From contig CAYXDC010000002.1 of assembly GCA_964463505.1 (NCBI GenBank), positions 28,452 through 92,451 on the forward strand: 64,000 nucleotides of DNA, given 5' to 3'. Shown here one piece after another: positions 1 to 9,326 of this stretch (position 1 is the stretch's first letter; every line of letters begins with the position of its first letter). This DNA comes from an uncultured Anaerolineaceae bacterium. Lineage in GTDB: Bacteria > Chloroflexota > Anaerolineae > Anaerolineales > UBA4823. The position numbers and the translations under genes are program-made. The notes under the pieces were generated by a model. That model did not search any database. It was not told the DNA's origin and worked only from the letters and a program-made list of their open reading frames with translations.

Positions 1-1429
1 CGGACGTGCCTCCATCCAGGGAGCCGATAAATGCCGAGCCGTTTTCAATCTCTATCTGGTCTGCGAACACTTCCACCTGGCTGATGTTGATGCTGGTGCG
101 ACCAATGTTCATGATTTCGATGGGCAATTCAATCGTTTGTCCAACCTGGACCAGCTCGATCGGGCGATAATAGGAGACCTGAATTTGAGGTATGTTCATC
201 ACCAGCAAAGTGAGCACCTGCACCTGGCTGGATGTGGTTTCATTTCCCCCGTCATATTGGATATGTATCGGCAAGCTATAGGCTCCGGCATCGGCTGTTC
301 CTTCGATGATGACCTTGCGTCCCAGATCGATTGATTCTCCAGCCTTCAGCGTTTCTACAAAGAGCACATTCCCGGTTCCCAATAAAGCAAAGGGTTTGAT
401 CCCAGTGCCTGCCGGGTCACCTAGAGTGATTACAAGCTGCTCAACATTTCCCTGCCCGGCGTTACGCAGGGTTAGCTGGAGATCGAAGAGATCGCCAGGG
501 GATAGCTGTTCAGGGATTGTGTGATAACCTTCCAGCAGCACCAGCCCGCTGGAGCTGCTGGAAGCGTCAACTTGCAGGGCAATCGTCTGGGTGGATAAAT
601 AACTACGCCCGTAATAGTCGGCATATTCGAGCAAAATCTCCAAATTGTTCATCCCACCCGGGGCTTGCTCATCTGTCGTCAGGGTTAGGGGAACTTCGAT
701 CACCTGCCCGGAGGTCATCGGCTGCAAGATGATCACGTTGCTGCCCGTCTGTGGCATGACCAGATCAGGCGATGCCAGGGTGATCTGTCCGCGCGACGTA
801 GAATAGCTGCCGCGATTTTCAATTTCCAGGGTGAGTAGAAAGGGTTCTCCCCGTTGCAGCATCATTGGATCGCTGGAGGCTGAGCGGATCATCAGCTGGG
901 GTTGGGCATAAACGGACGGTCCGGATGGCTGGGAGGTAGCGGTTGTCTCGGGTGCCTGGATGGTGATGTTGCCCGGGACCCGCATCGCTGACCCCTCGGG
1001 GAGCAACAGTTCGAGATCGTATTTGCCTGCGCGCAATCCAGGGGGAATCATACACTGCAAAGCCTGGCTACTGAGTACATTGGTCTCCAGGATGCCATAC
1101 CCCACCAAGCGTACTGAAGTCTGAGGTGGAAACCCGACCCCGTAAATACTGAGTAAGCCACCTTCCAATTGTTCAAAACGCCGCGGCTCAACACCACTAA
1201 TTTCTATAATAGGAGGCGGAGATGGTTGGCGGGTTTCTGTTGGTTCTGAGCTCGTTGGTGACGCAGGGAGGGTAGGGTCTGTATCCGGCTCTGGGGTCTG
1301 GTCCTGCTGTAGATGCGCTGGTGCGAGCTGCCATGCTGGCGGGGCCTGCGCCATGATCTCAGAGATAGAGGCTGCGCCAGCCAACAAGATCGCCAACAAG
1401 CAGCTAAGGGCCATATTAATTGTTTTCAT
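1..1429 (-). CDS. Secreted/surface Ig-like repeat protein (IPT/TIG-like + COG1361 S-layer-type domains), truncated by the window's left edge
   Basis: Not in the ORF track because it runs off the edge. I translated the start (ATG at 1429, SD AAGGAGG, overlapping the upstream stop as ATGA) and the segment from about 300 to base 2 with no stop. N-terminus MKTINMALSCLLAILLAGAAS is signal-like, followed by a P/T/E-rich linker and beta-rich repeats such as LEIENRG, LTLRNAG, IEIMNIG. Confidence 0.75.
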   Translation of the reverse strand, partial: MKTINMALSCLLAILLAGAASISEIMAQAPPAWQLAPAHLQQDQTPEPDTDPTLPASPTSSEPTETRQPSPPPIIEISGVEPRRFEQLEGGLLSIYGVGFPPQTSVRLVGYGILETNVLSSQALQCMIPPGLRAGKYDLELLLPEGSAMRVPGNITIQAPETTATSQPSGPSVYAQPQLMIRSASSDPMMLQRGEPFLLTLEIENRGSYSTSRGQITLASPDLVMPQTGSNVIILQPMTSGQVIEVPLTLTTDEQAPGGMNNLEILLEYADYYGRSYLSTQTIALQVDASSSSSGLVLLEGYHTIPEQLSPGDLFDLQLTLRNAGQGNVEQLVITLGDPAGTGIKPFALLGTGNVLFVETLKAGESIDLGRKVIIEGTADAGAYSLPIHIQYDGGNETTSSQVQVLTLLVMNIPQIQVSYYRPIELVQVGQTIELPIEIMNIGRTSINISQVEVFADQIEIENGSAFIGSLDGGTS

Positions 1430-2127
1430 ACGCCTCCTTGCTCGGCCCGGCTTTCAACAATCTGACCGTCATGCAGGCGGATACTCTGGCGAGCAGCGGA
1501 AATAACGCCTGGATCGTGGGAGACGACCACCAGAGTAATTCCTTGACGGTTCAAGGCTTGCAAGACTTCGAGCACCTCCGCCCCAGAATGGCTGTCTAAA
1601 TTACCGGTTGGCTCGTCAGCCAGGATGATCTGGGGTGAATTAATCAGGGCGCGGGCAATTGCGACGCGCTGCTGCTGCCCACCAGAAAGCTCGGTGGGCA
1701 GATGTTGCATGCGTTCGGCCAGACCCACACGCTCCAGGAGTTCTGTGGCTAATTGACGCCGCTGGCGAGGACGGACGTTGGTGAAGAGTAATGGGAACTC
1801 TACATTTTCCAAAGCACTCAGGGTGGGGATCAGATTGAACATTTGAAAAATAAAACCCACTGTGTGCTGGCGATAATTAGCCAGGCCATCCTCGTCCAAA
1901 CCGCTCAGATTCTTTCCATCTACCCACAGCTCACCGGATGTAGGTCGATCCAAACCGCCCAGCAGATACAGGAAGGTCGATTTTCCTGAGCCAGACGGAC
2001 CGGTTACCCCCAGCATACCGCCGCGCTGAATATCCAGGCTGATTCCATCCAGGGCATGTACTTCCGCACTGCCCATCGGATAGTAACGGCGTAGATCATT
2101 AACCCGGATAAAAACTGGCTCAGGCAT
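1426..2127 (-). CDS. ABC transporter ATP-binding protein, MacB/LolD (FtsE-like) family
   Basis: Walker A GPSGSGKS, signature LSGGQQQR, Walker B/D-loop ILADEPTGNLD, H-loop VSHD. Confidence 0.93.
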   Translation of the reverse strand: MPEPVFIRVNDLRRYYPMGSAEVHALDGISLDIQRGGMLGVTGPSGSGKSTFLYLLGGLDRPTSGELWVDGKNLSGLDEDGLANYRQHTVGFIFQMFNLIPTLSALENVEFPLLFTNVRPRQRRQLATELLERVGLAERMQHLPTELSGGQQQRVAIARALINSPQIILADEPTGNLDSHSGAEVLEVLQALNRQGITLVVVSHDPGVISAARQSIRLHDGQIVESRAEQGGV

Positions 2128-2134
2128 AGATTGT

Positions 2135-2818
2135 TCAAGAAATACTGGTATTAACCCAGTTAAATAGCTGGGCCGGGATTAAGCCAAGCGCAATCAAAAG
2201 AGCCCAAATGATCAGGACTACAGTCCAGGATTTGCGCTGCGCCAGGCTTGTGGCGCAGGTCAGGCCTATTGTCAGCAAAGCCAGCCTCCAGATTACGAAC
2301 AGATCAATCTGGGCCAGGAGGCCAGCCAGGGCAAGTTGAATCCCAGCAGGGTTTTCTGCACTACGTAATATCAGGCCGGATAAGCCGGCGTACTCGATCG
2401 GCTGGCGGGTGAGCCAGAGAGACACTACTTGCAGCAGACTACGGATCAGATCTGGTACAGACGTCCAGATTACCACTCGCCAGAGAGTGCGAAAGGTGCT
2501 GTTTCCGCCGAATAAGGTGCTGACCAGATAGAGTAAACCAGCCCAGATCAGCCATTTAAGCCAGAGCAGAAGGCTTTTCCCGACAGACAGTATCATTGAG
2601 GGTAACCCATTGGAGATGGGTTCGGTTTGGCGGCTGAGCTGCAGGTTCTGGTTCAGAGCTCCACTGAGCAAGACCAGACCCATCAGGAGAATAGCCAGGA
2701 TGAGCCAGGATCGGCTAGGATAGTCAACAAGATTCGTGAATGCTGCAATTGGACGGCGGATAACAGCCCAGAAAGCCCTCGGAAATGAAAGGGCTGAGTA
2801 ATTTGAAACGCCTTGCAT
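2135..2818 (-). CDS. Yip1-domain membrane protein
   Basis: About five hydrophobic segments; N-terminal 'WAVIRRPIAAF' and 'LFGGNSTFRTLWRVVIW' patterns typical of bacterial Yip1; SD GGGGAGG upstream. Confidence 0.75.
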   Translation of the reverse strand: MQGVSNYSALSFPRAFWAVIRRPIAAFTNLVDYPSRSWLILAILLMGLVLLSGALNQNLQLSRQTEPISNGLPSMILSVGKSLLLWLKWLIWAGLLYLVSTLFGGNSTFRTLWRVVIWTSVPDLIRSLLQVVSLWLTRQPIEYAGLSGLILRSAENPAGIQLALAGLLAQIDLFVIWRLALLTIGLTCATSLAQRKSWTVVLIIWALLIALGLIPAQLFNWVNTSIS

Positions 2819-2893
2819 GACTCACCTCCCCGCTGAGCGCCCTAGGATAATTTACCAAAACGCGCCATCCAGGTTGGTGCGCCTTCTAGTTTG

Positions 2894-2921
2894 ATTATAA
2901 GGATTCAAAGGCTTGAGTCAA
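2894..2921 (-). promoter_or_regulatory. sigma70-type promoter for the yip1-ABC operon (TTGACT-N16-TATAAT)
   Basis: Plus-strand ATTATA at 2894-2899 and AGTCAA at 2916-2921, 76 nt upstream of the yip1 start. Confidence 0.6.
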
Positions 2922-2977
2922 GTTGCGTTAATGCCACCAACGAGTAGACCTATTGAGAACACTGGTGCAGGACCGAT

Positions 2978-3985
2978 TTAGATCTGACCGAGAAATAAAT
3001 CACGTCCTTTCACTAAAGCCGCCATTTTACTATCGGCTACCGTACGAGGCAGCATCCAAAAACCACAGTCGGGATGTACCCAACGGATACGCTCGGGTCC
3101 TAGTATCCGGTGACTCAGCTCGATGCGTCTGGCTACTAATTCAGGGGTTTCAATCTCGTTATCCTTAATATCGATCACACCCACCCCCATGGCGATATCA
3201 GGGCGTAGTTCCTTAAAAAGCTCCAACTCATCATAACCACGTCGAGCAAACTCCAATACCACGTGATCTACATTTAGATGGTTGAGGAACCCGAGCAGGT
3301 TGCGCCAAAGACCTTTTTGGATAGATTGCCCCCCATAGTTGCCAAAGCATAAATGCACAGCCTTTTCACCTTTTACAGACGAAAGAACATGGTTGATTGG
3401 TTCATGCGCCCAAGATGCGTCTTCAGGGTGCCCCGGAAGATTGGCTTCATCTACCTGCAAGATGCCAGTGTCAATGTCCGCCATCTGGCGGCGTATCACC
3501 TCGGCAATTGCCATAGCCAGCTCGCGTAGATCATGGTAATGCTCATCCACCAGGGTTTTGGCCAGCATATAAGGGGAGGTTACAGTAAATTTCAGCGGTT
3601 TGGGGGTCAGATTACCGACAAAGCGCCAGGCAGCTGGCAAGTTTAAGCTGCCTTCGCCAATCGGGCCGCGCACAACCCCGGCAGGTTGGCTGCGGAACGC
3701 CATGCCCGGACGATTCCGAAAGTCGTTTAATTCGGTGCGTGAAAGCTGGGTATTGACGTTTTCCATTGGCCGGATGAAATATTCGATCATTCCATTGGTT
3801 TCTGGATGGTTGGGGTCAAAACGGGAGAGTTCGCCGTCGCTGATCACATCCAGACCAGCTAATTCCTGAGTCTTAAGGACAACCAAGATAGCATCCCGCA
3901 AGTGTTGGGTAGTTGGGTACGCGCCTAACCAGGCGGGGATTGGGTAGCTGCCGACAACTGTGGTTTTCAGACTAGGTAAACTCAT
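2978..3985 (-). CDS. Single-barrel cobalamin-independent methionine synthase-like (MetE C-terminal/'core') Zn enzyme
   Basis: TTVVGSYP start, DVISDGE, QVDEA, Zn ligands HLCFG, VLEFA and HPDCG. ATG at 3985 follows SD AGAAAGGA. Confidence 0.85.
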   Translation of the reverse strand: MSLPSLKTTVVGSYPIPAWLGAYPTTQHLRDAILVVLKTQELAGLDVISDGELSRFDPNHPETNGMIEYFIRPMENVNTQLSRTELNDFRNRPGMAFRSQPAGVVRGPIGEGSLNLPAAWRFVGNLTPKPLKFTVTSPYMLAKTLVDEHYHDLRELAMAIAEVIRRQMADIDTGILQVDEANLPGHPEDASWAHEPINHVLSSVKGEKAVHLCFGNYGGQSIQKGLWRNLLGFLNHLNVDHVVLEFARRGYDELELFKELRPDIAMGVGVIDIKDNEIETPELVARRIELSHRILGPERIRWVHPDCGFWMLPRTVADSKMAALVKGRDLFLGQI

Positions 3986-4067
3986 GTGTGGTTCCTTTCT
4001 CATTCAAACGTAGACGATCATTTATTGATAAGGTAGACCTCGTCGCTGAAGCATTCCCGGTAAATGT

Positions 4068-4898
4068 TTAACTATGGCCTAAATAAGCCTGGATAATTCT
4101 TTCCAGGAATACTTCCTGATCCATTGCCCAGTAATGATTAGAGAAGATTTCTACCTCGTGAAAACCGTCGAATCCGGAATTTTCAATCCAGGTCCGGATC
4201 TGGCGCAGCGGGATACAGCCTTCACCCATCAGGCCGCGGTCATTAAGCAAGTCGGTGGTTGGTGATTTCCAGTCACAGATATGATAAGCGAAAATCCGCT
4301 GAGTATCCCCAGCGCGCTGGATCTCGACCTGTAAGTCGGGATCCCACCACAGATGATACACATCCACCACAACACCAAGGCTGGGGCTGTTGAATTGAGC
4401 ACATAACTCATTGGCCTGGCGCAGCGTATTGATTGCTGAGCGGGTGTCAGCATACATGGGGTGTAAGGCTTCAATACCCAGTCGAACGTCGCAGGCAGCT
4501 GCATGCGGTAGGATCGCGGCAATCCCTTCAACGATCTGCTGGCGAGATGTATGCAATGATTGGGATGGGTGGGCTCCAGGGACCAATACTAACAGGGGCG
4601 CACCCAGCTCGGCTGCTTGATCGATTGCTTTCCGGTTGTCATCGATGGCGCGTTGTTGTTGGGATATGTCAGTGGCAGGAAAGAAACCACCTCTGCAGAG
4701 CGAGATATCCTTTAATCCAGCGACGCGGATGTGGGTAGCAATCGCGCTCACAGAATGACCTTCTAAAGCCTGACGCCAGACGGTGATCGCACCGACAGAG
4801 CGCGCCGAAAGCTGCTCAATTGTTGTTTCAATCGGCCAGGGTTGGTGGGTGATGCTATGGATGCACAGGCGGGAGGTATCTCGGATCTGGGAAGGCAT
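4068..4898 (-). CDS. Sugar phosphate isomerase/epimerase-family TIM-barrel (xylose isomerase-like, AP endonuclease 2 fold)
   Basis: Metal motifs GIEALHP, VDVYH, YHICDW, GLMGEG and HEVEIF. The likely start is the ATG at 4898 after GGGAG; the ORF track extends to 5012. Confidence 0.85.
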   Translation of the reverse strand: MPSQIRDTSRLCIHSITHQPWPIETTIEQLSARSVGAITVWRQALEGHSVSAIATHIRVAGLKDISLCRGGFFPATDISQQQRAIDDNRKAIDQAAELGAPLLVLVPGAHPSQSLHTSRQQIVEGIAAILPHAAACDVRLGIEALHPMYADTRSAINTLRQANELCAQFNSPSLGVVVDVYHLWWDPDLQVEIQRAGDTQRIFAYHICDWKSPTTDLLNDRGLMGEGCIPLRQIRTWIENSGFDGFHEVEIFSNHYWAMDQEVFLERIIQAYLGHS

Positions 4899-4922
4899 GT
4901 AAACTGCTCCCTGACATTTAAC

Positions 4923-4995
4923 TTGACAAGCACTCTGTGGGTATGATACCATAGCAAAGACGACAATGGTAAACATTGTGCGATAATGGCGAACA
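4923..4995 (+). promoter_or_regulatory. Putative promoter (TTGACA-N18-TGnTACCAT) and candidate IclR operator palindromes in the divergent intergenic region
   Basis: TTGACA 4923-4928; TACCAT 4947-4952 with TG at 4944-4945; inverted repeat ACAATG-N5-CATTGT 4963-4979; TGTGCG-N7-CGAACA 4977-4995. Confidence 0.45.
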
Positions 4996-5041
4996 CGGTC
5001 GTTGCTGATCATCCATTTTAGTTACCTCATCACCACAGGGT

Positions 5042-5833
5042 TTGCCTTTGAAGACTCAACGCAAGGTTATCGGCTCTGTCCAGCGAGCGCTTGATATCTT
5101 GAATCTGTTTGAGGCTCAGGTCGTTGAGTTGGGGACCACGGAAATCGCGCGTGCCCTCAGCTTGCCGAAAAGCACCATCGCTGGCCTGGTGCATACCCTT
5201 GAGCTAAATGGTTACCTGAACCAAAATCCCGAGACTCGCAAATATTATCTGGGTTTCAAATTGGTCGAGCGCGCCGGTGTACTACTTGGTCAGTTTGATC
5301 TGCGTAAGATCGCCGCACCGGTATTGATGGCGCTGCGAGATGATACAAATGAGAGCGTAAACCTGGCGCTGCGCGATGGTAGCTATGTGGTTTATATTGA
5401 ACGCATGCATGGGATGAACATGCTAGGTATGCGCTCGGAAATTGGCAAGCGCGAGTTAGCGCATTCCACCGCATTAGGGAAATCAATGCTGGCTTTCTCG
5501 CCGGAACATATTCTAGATGACTTCCTAAAAACCCATCCTTTCGAACCGGTTACACCGCAGACGATTACCAGTCCTGCGGTGTTTCTTATTGAAATGAACC
5601 GCACCTGCCAGCGGGGCTTTGCAGTGGATGATCAGGAGAACGAGCTCGGTGGACGATGTGTCGCTGCGCCGATCTTTGATTATACCGGTCAAGTGGTTGC
5701 AGCAGTGAGTATTTCGGTGCCCATACAGCGCTTCCCAGATAGCCGTCTGGAATTATTAGGTGAGCGGGTAAAAGCAGCCGCGGCGGAGATTTCCCGCCGC
5801 TTGGGTGCTGCTCCGCTCCGTCGGTTGCCCTAG
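5042..5833 (+). CDS. IclR-family transcriptional regulator
   Basis: N-terminal 'SVQRALDILNLF...GTTEIARALSLPKSTIAGLVHTL' HTH; C-terminal 'HSTALGKSMLA' and 'GFAVDDQENELGGRCVAAPI'. Confidence 0.95.
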   Translation: MPLKTQRKVIGSVQRALDILNLFEAQVVELGTTEIARALSLPKSTIAGLVHTLELNGYLNQNPETRKYYLGFKLVERAGVLLGQFDLRKIAAPVLMALRDDTNESVNLALRDGSYVVYIERMHGMNMLGMRSEIGKRELAHSTALGKSMLAFSPEHILDDFLKTHPFEPVTPQTITSPAVFLIEMNRTCQRGFAVDDQENELGGRCVAAPIFDYTGQVVAAVSISVPIQRFPDSRLELLGERVKAAAAEISRRLGAAPLRRLP

Positions 5834-5857
5834 ACTCTTTGCCTGGCAATCAGGAGA

Positions 5858-7366
5858 GTGAACGTGGTTGATCAGGTAGTTGATGTAATTGTGGTTGGTG
5901 GCGGAGGAAGTGGATTGGCTGCGGCCGTTAGTGCAGCCAGTTTTGGGTTGCAGGTATTGCTACTGGAGAAGCAAGCTGAGTTGGGTGGCTCCACTGGAAT
6001 TGCAGTGGGCTCTCTGACCGCCAACCGCACCCGTCTTCAGGAAAAGGCTGGGATTATTGATACCCTGGATGCGCACGCTCTGGATGCAGGGCTTTTTGCG
6101 CCGCCCCAGATCGAAGATCGCAATAACGCCGAATTGCGCCGTTGGTTCTTGAGTCACAGCGCCGAAACGCTGCATTGGTTAATGGATATGGGGTTACAGT
6201 TCTATGGACCTAACCCGGAACCCCCCAACCGATTGCCGCGTATGCACAACGTGGTTCCAGGGGCGAAGGCTTATATTGCAACATTGCAAATCCGCTTACA
6301 GCGCCTGGGTGGGAAGGTATTGACGAACGCCCCGGTGGTGGACTTAATTAGTGAAGATGGGCGGGTGACAGGTGTGGTGGTTCAGGCAGAAAGCAAAATG
6401 GAGCGCTTCTTTGCCCGGCGTGGCGTAGTTCTAGCGGCGGGAGATTACGCCAATTCACCAGCAATCATTGCCCGGTTCAAAGGTAGCCAGTATTCAGAAA
6501 TCGAAGGTATAAATCCGCGTTCTACCGGGGATGGACATCTTCTGGCAGAAGCGGCTGGCGCCAGAATGATCAACATGGATATCACCTATGGCCCCGAGCT
6601 ACGTTTTATCCCACCCTCTGGACGGACTTTTCAACAATTACTCCCGGTGCGTGGTCCATTGGTTCAATTGATGGGCGGGGTCGTACCTTATCTGCCCAAT
6701 TTTGTGATGAGGGCCATGATTCGACGCCTGCTGGTCACCTGGCAGCATCCTGAGATTGCTCTATTTGACGATGGGGCGATCCTGATCAATCAACAAGGCC
6801 AACGTTTCTGTGATGAGCTGCAAACCCCGGAGCGCGAGATCGCTATTGCCCAACAGCCCGGTAAGTCAGCTTATATTCTGTTGGATCAAGGCCTGATCCA
6901 AAAATACAATCAATGGCCTCATTTTATTTCCACTGCTCCGAAGATAGGCTATGCCTATGTCGAGGATTATCTGAAATTGCGCCCGGATGTTGCGGTTCGG
7001 GCTTCTACCTTGCAGGGTTTGGCGGAAAAGCGTCGTCTACCCTTGGTGAATTTGGAACGCTCGGTACGAGAATACAACCATCAAGCGCAGGTGAATGGAC
7101 AGCGCGGTCTGGAAGACGGTGCGTGGGTTTTGCTTGGTCCGACGAAATCTTATTTCACCACTACTGAGGGGGGCGCGGCGATCAACCAGCGTTTCGAAGT
7201 GCTTGATATGGACAATTCGCCGATACCAGGTCTGTATGCAATAGGTCAAAATGGTCTGGGGGGACAAATCTTATGGGGCCATGGCTTACACATTGCTTGG
7301 GCGATTACCAGTGGTAGATTAGTAGGCGAATATCTTGCCGGCCTGCGGGCTGCTGAAAAGACCTGA
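5858..7366 (+). CDS. FAD-dependent oxidoreductase, fumarate reductase flavoprotein/3-ketosteroid dehydrogenase (FAD_binding_2) superfamily
   Basis: VIVVGGGGSGLAAA...LLEK dinucleotide fold, GVVLAAGDY, STGDG, GAILINQQGQRFCDE, PIPGLYAIG. Confidence 0.85.
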   Translation: MNVVDQVVDVIVVGGGGSGLAAAVSAASFGLQVLLLEKQAELGGSTGIAVGSLTANRTRLQEKAGIIDTLDAHALDAGLFAPPQIEDRNNAELRRWFLSHSAETLHWLMDMGLQFYGPNPEPPNRLPRMHNVVPGAKAYIATLQIRLQRLGGKVLTNAPVVDLISEDGRVTGVVVQAESKMERFFARRGVVLAAGDYANSPAIIARFKGSQYSEIEGINPRSTGDGHLLAEAAGARMINMDITYGPELRFIPPSGRTFQQLLPVRGPLVQLMGGVVPYLPNFVMRAMIRRLLVTWQHPEIALFDDGAILINQQGQRFCDELQTPEREIAIAQQPGKSAYILLDQGLIQKYNQWPHFISTAPKIGYAYVEDYLKLRPDVAVRASTLQGLAEKRRLPLVNLERSVREYNHQAQVNGQRGLEDGAWVLLGPTKSYFTTTEGGAAINQRFEVLDMDNSPIPGLYAIGQNGLGGQILWGHGLHIAWAITSGRLVGEYLAGLRAAEKT

Positions 7367-7387
7367 TAAAAAACGGAAGGGAAACTC

Positions 7388-8524
7388 ATGATCCAAAGAC
7401 CTGAGCGCGCGGTATTGCGCCCAAAACTTGAGATAGCTTTTGAGTTCGCCCAGCAGCAGGTGCGCGAGCTGATCACCAACCACCCACAGGTTTACCCCAT
7501 GTATACGGAAGGTGGTCAATGGAAGATCGGCGGAGAGACCTGGACTAACTGGTGTGAGGGGTTTCTTCCGGGGATGATGTGGATCTTCCATCGCAGGACA
7601 GGTGATCCGGATTGGCTTGCTGCTGCTGAGCACTATTCACGCCACCTGGAGGAGCGCAAGCACGACCGCACTGTCCATGATCTCGGCTTCTTGTTTTGGT
7701 CCACCTACAAACGCTGGTTCGACTTGACCGGTGATCCGGCCATCAACGAGGTAGTTATTACGGCGGGTAAGACGATGGGATACAGGTTCAAGGAGAAAGG
7801 CCAGTATCTGCGCTCATTTGTAGCGGATGAATCCCTGTTCATCGATATTATGATGAATGTGGGGATTGTTTTTTATGCTGCCTTGCAAAGCGGCGACGCC
7901 GATCTTTTACGTAAGGCTCACCAACATACCCTCACTACCCGGCGTTATCTGGTGCGTGGGGATGGCAGCACATCCCATGAAGGTATTTTTGACCTGGAGA
8001 CAGGTGAATTTTTGCGCCAGACTACACATCAAGGGTGGCGCGGAGATTCATCCTGGGCGCGGGGCCAGTCGTGGGCATTGTATGGCTTTGGCACCTGCTA
8101 TTATCTGACTGGCGACCGGCGTTATCTGGCTACGGCACGCCAGTGCGCTGACTTTTATATCGAGCAAACCCGTTTTGATGCCGCAGCTCCCTTTGGACCC
8201 GGTGTGCCGCCCAATGATTGGTTTGCTCCAACCAGTCAGGTGGAAAGCTCAGCAGCGGCTATAGCCGCCAGCGGCTTGATGAACCTGGCTGCCATATTAC
8301 AGGACCCGTTGTATGCCAACCTCTACTTGAGCGTTGCCCTGACCATTCTGGATACACTGTGCAGCCCAGAATATTTGGGTAAATTTACCCCCGGCTGGGA
8401 GGGTATCCTCAAACATGGCTGTTACCATATTAACAAAGGACTGGGCATGGATGAAAGTGTCATGTGGGGCGAATACTTCTTTGTGGAAGCCTTGCATAAA
8501 GCCTTATCGTTGGAGAACTGGTAA
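7388..8524 (+). CDS. ugl: Unsaturated glucuronyl hydrolase, glycoside hydrolase family 88
   Basis: WCEGFLPG, HDLGF (catalytic Asp88-equivalent), FIDIMMNV (Asp149-equivalent), SWARGQSWALYGF, ESSAAAIAASG, WGEYFFVEAL. No signal peptide. Confidence 0.9.
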   Translation: MIQRPERAVLRPKLEIAFEFAQQQVRELITNHPQVYPMYTEGGQWKIGGETWTNWCEGFLPGMMWIFHRRTGDPDWLAAAEHYSRHLEERKHDRTVHDLGFLFWSTYKRWFDLTGDPAINEVVITAGKTMGYRFKEKGQYLRSFVADESLFIDIMMNVGIVFYAALQSGDADLLRKAHQHTLTTRRYLVRGDGSTSHEGIFDLETGEFLRQTTHQGWRGDSSWARGQSWALYGFGTCYYLTGDRRYLATARQCADFYIEQTRFDAAAPFGPGVPPNDWFAPTSQVESSAAAIAASGLMNLAAILQDPLYANLYLSVALTILDTLCSPEYLGKFTPGWEGILKHGCYHINKGLGMDESVMWGEYFFVEALHKALSLENW

Positions 8525-9304
8525 ATGAGCAGTCAAAGAGTCGCTATCGTGACCGGAAGCAGCCGTGGGATCGGCCGGGGAATTGCCCTGAGTCTGGCAG
8601 AGCGTGGCTGGGATATCATTATAAACTATCACAGCAATGCTGCTGCGGCTGAAGAAGTGCGCCTGGCGGTGCAGGGCTTGGGAACACATGCTTTGCTGGT
8701 GCAGGCTGATCTTGCTAACCTGGCAGACCTGAACCATATGGTGGATGCGACCCTGGAACGCTATGGACGGATTGACCTGCTGGTTAATAATGCCGGCGTG
8801 GGACCGCGCCAGCGTGTGGATTTACTCTCCACTACTGTCGAGAGCTACGACGAAGTTATGGCAACCAACCTGAGAGGCCCTTTCTTTCTTACCCAGCGCG
8901 TTGCCAATGAGATGATCGCTCAATTACAGGCCGGCAAGATCAGTACAGCCCACATTGTCAATATTGGCTCGATTAGCGCCTACACCAGCAGCCCATCGCG
9001 AGCTGAGTACTGCATCAGCAAGGCTGGCGTGGGTATGCTGACGATTGTATTCGCCGACCGCCTGGCAGAGTATGGGATTAACGTGTACGAAATCCGCCCG
9101 GGGATCATCGCCACCGACCTGACCAGCGTGGTCAAGGTGAAGTACGATCGCATGATCTTCGAGGAAGGCTTGACGCCAATCCGGCGTTGGGGCCAGCCGG
9201 AAGACGTGGCCAAAGCAGTGGTTGCAGTTGCCGAGGGCTTGCTGCCGTACTCCACCGGTGAAGTGATTAATGTGGATGGGGGTTTTCACCTCCATCGTTT
9301 GTAA
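8525..9304 (+). CDS. Short-chain dehydrogenase/reductase (PRK12745-like '3-ketoacyl-ACP reductase' subfamily)
   Basis: TGSSRGIG, VNNAG, S...YCISK catalytic motif, VYEIRPGIIATD, DGG terminus. ATG directly follows the GH88 stop codon. Confidence 0.9.
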   Translation: MSSQRVAIVTGSSRGIGRGIALSLAERGWDIIINYHSNAAAAEEVRLAVQGLGTHALLVQADLANLADLNHMVDATLERYGRIDLLVNNAGVGPRQRVDLLSTTVESYDEVMATNLRGPFFLTQRVANEMIAQLQAGKISTAHIVNIGSISAYTSSPSRAEYCISKAGVGMLTIVFADRLAEYGINVYEIRPGIIATDLTSVVKVKYDRMIFEEGLTPIRRWGQPEDVAKAVVAVAEGLLPYSTGEVINVDGGFHLHRL

Positions 9305-9326
9305 CCAATCCAATTCAAGGAGCACA

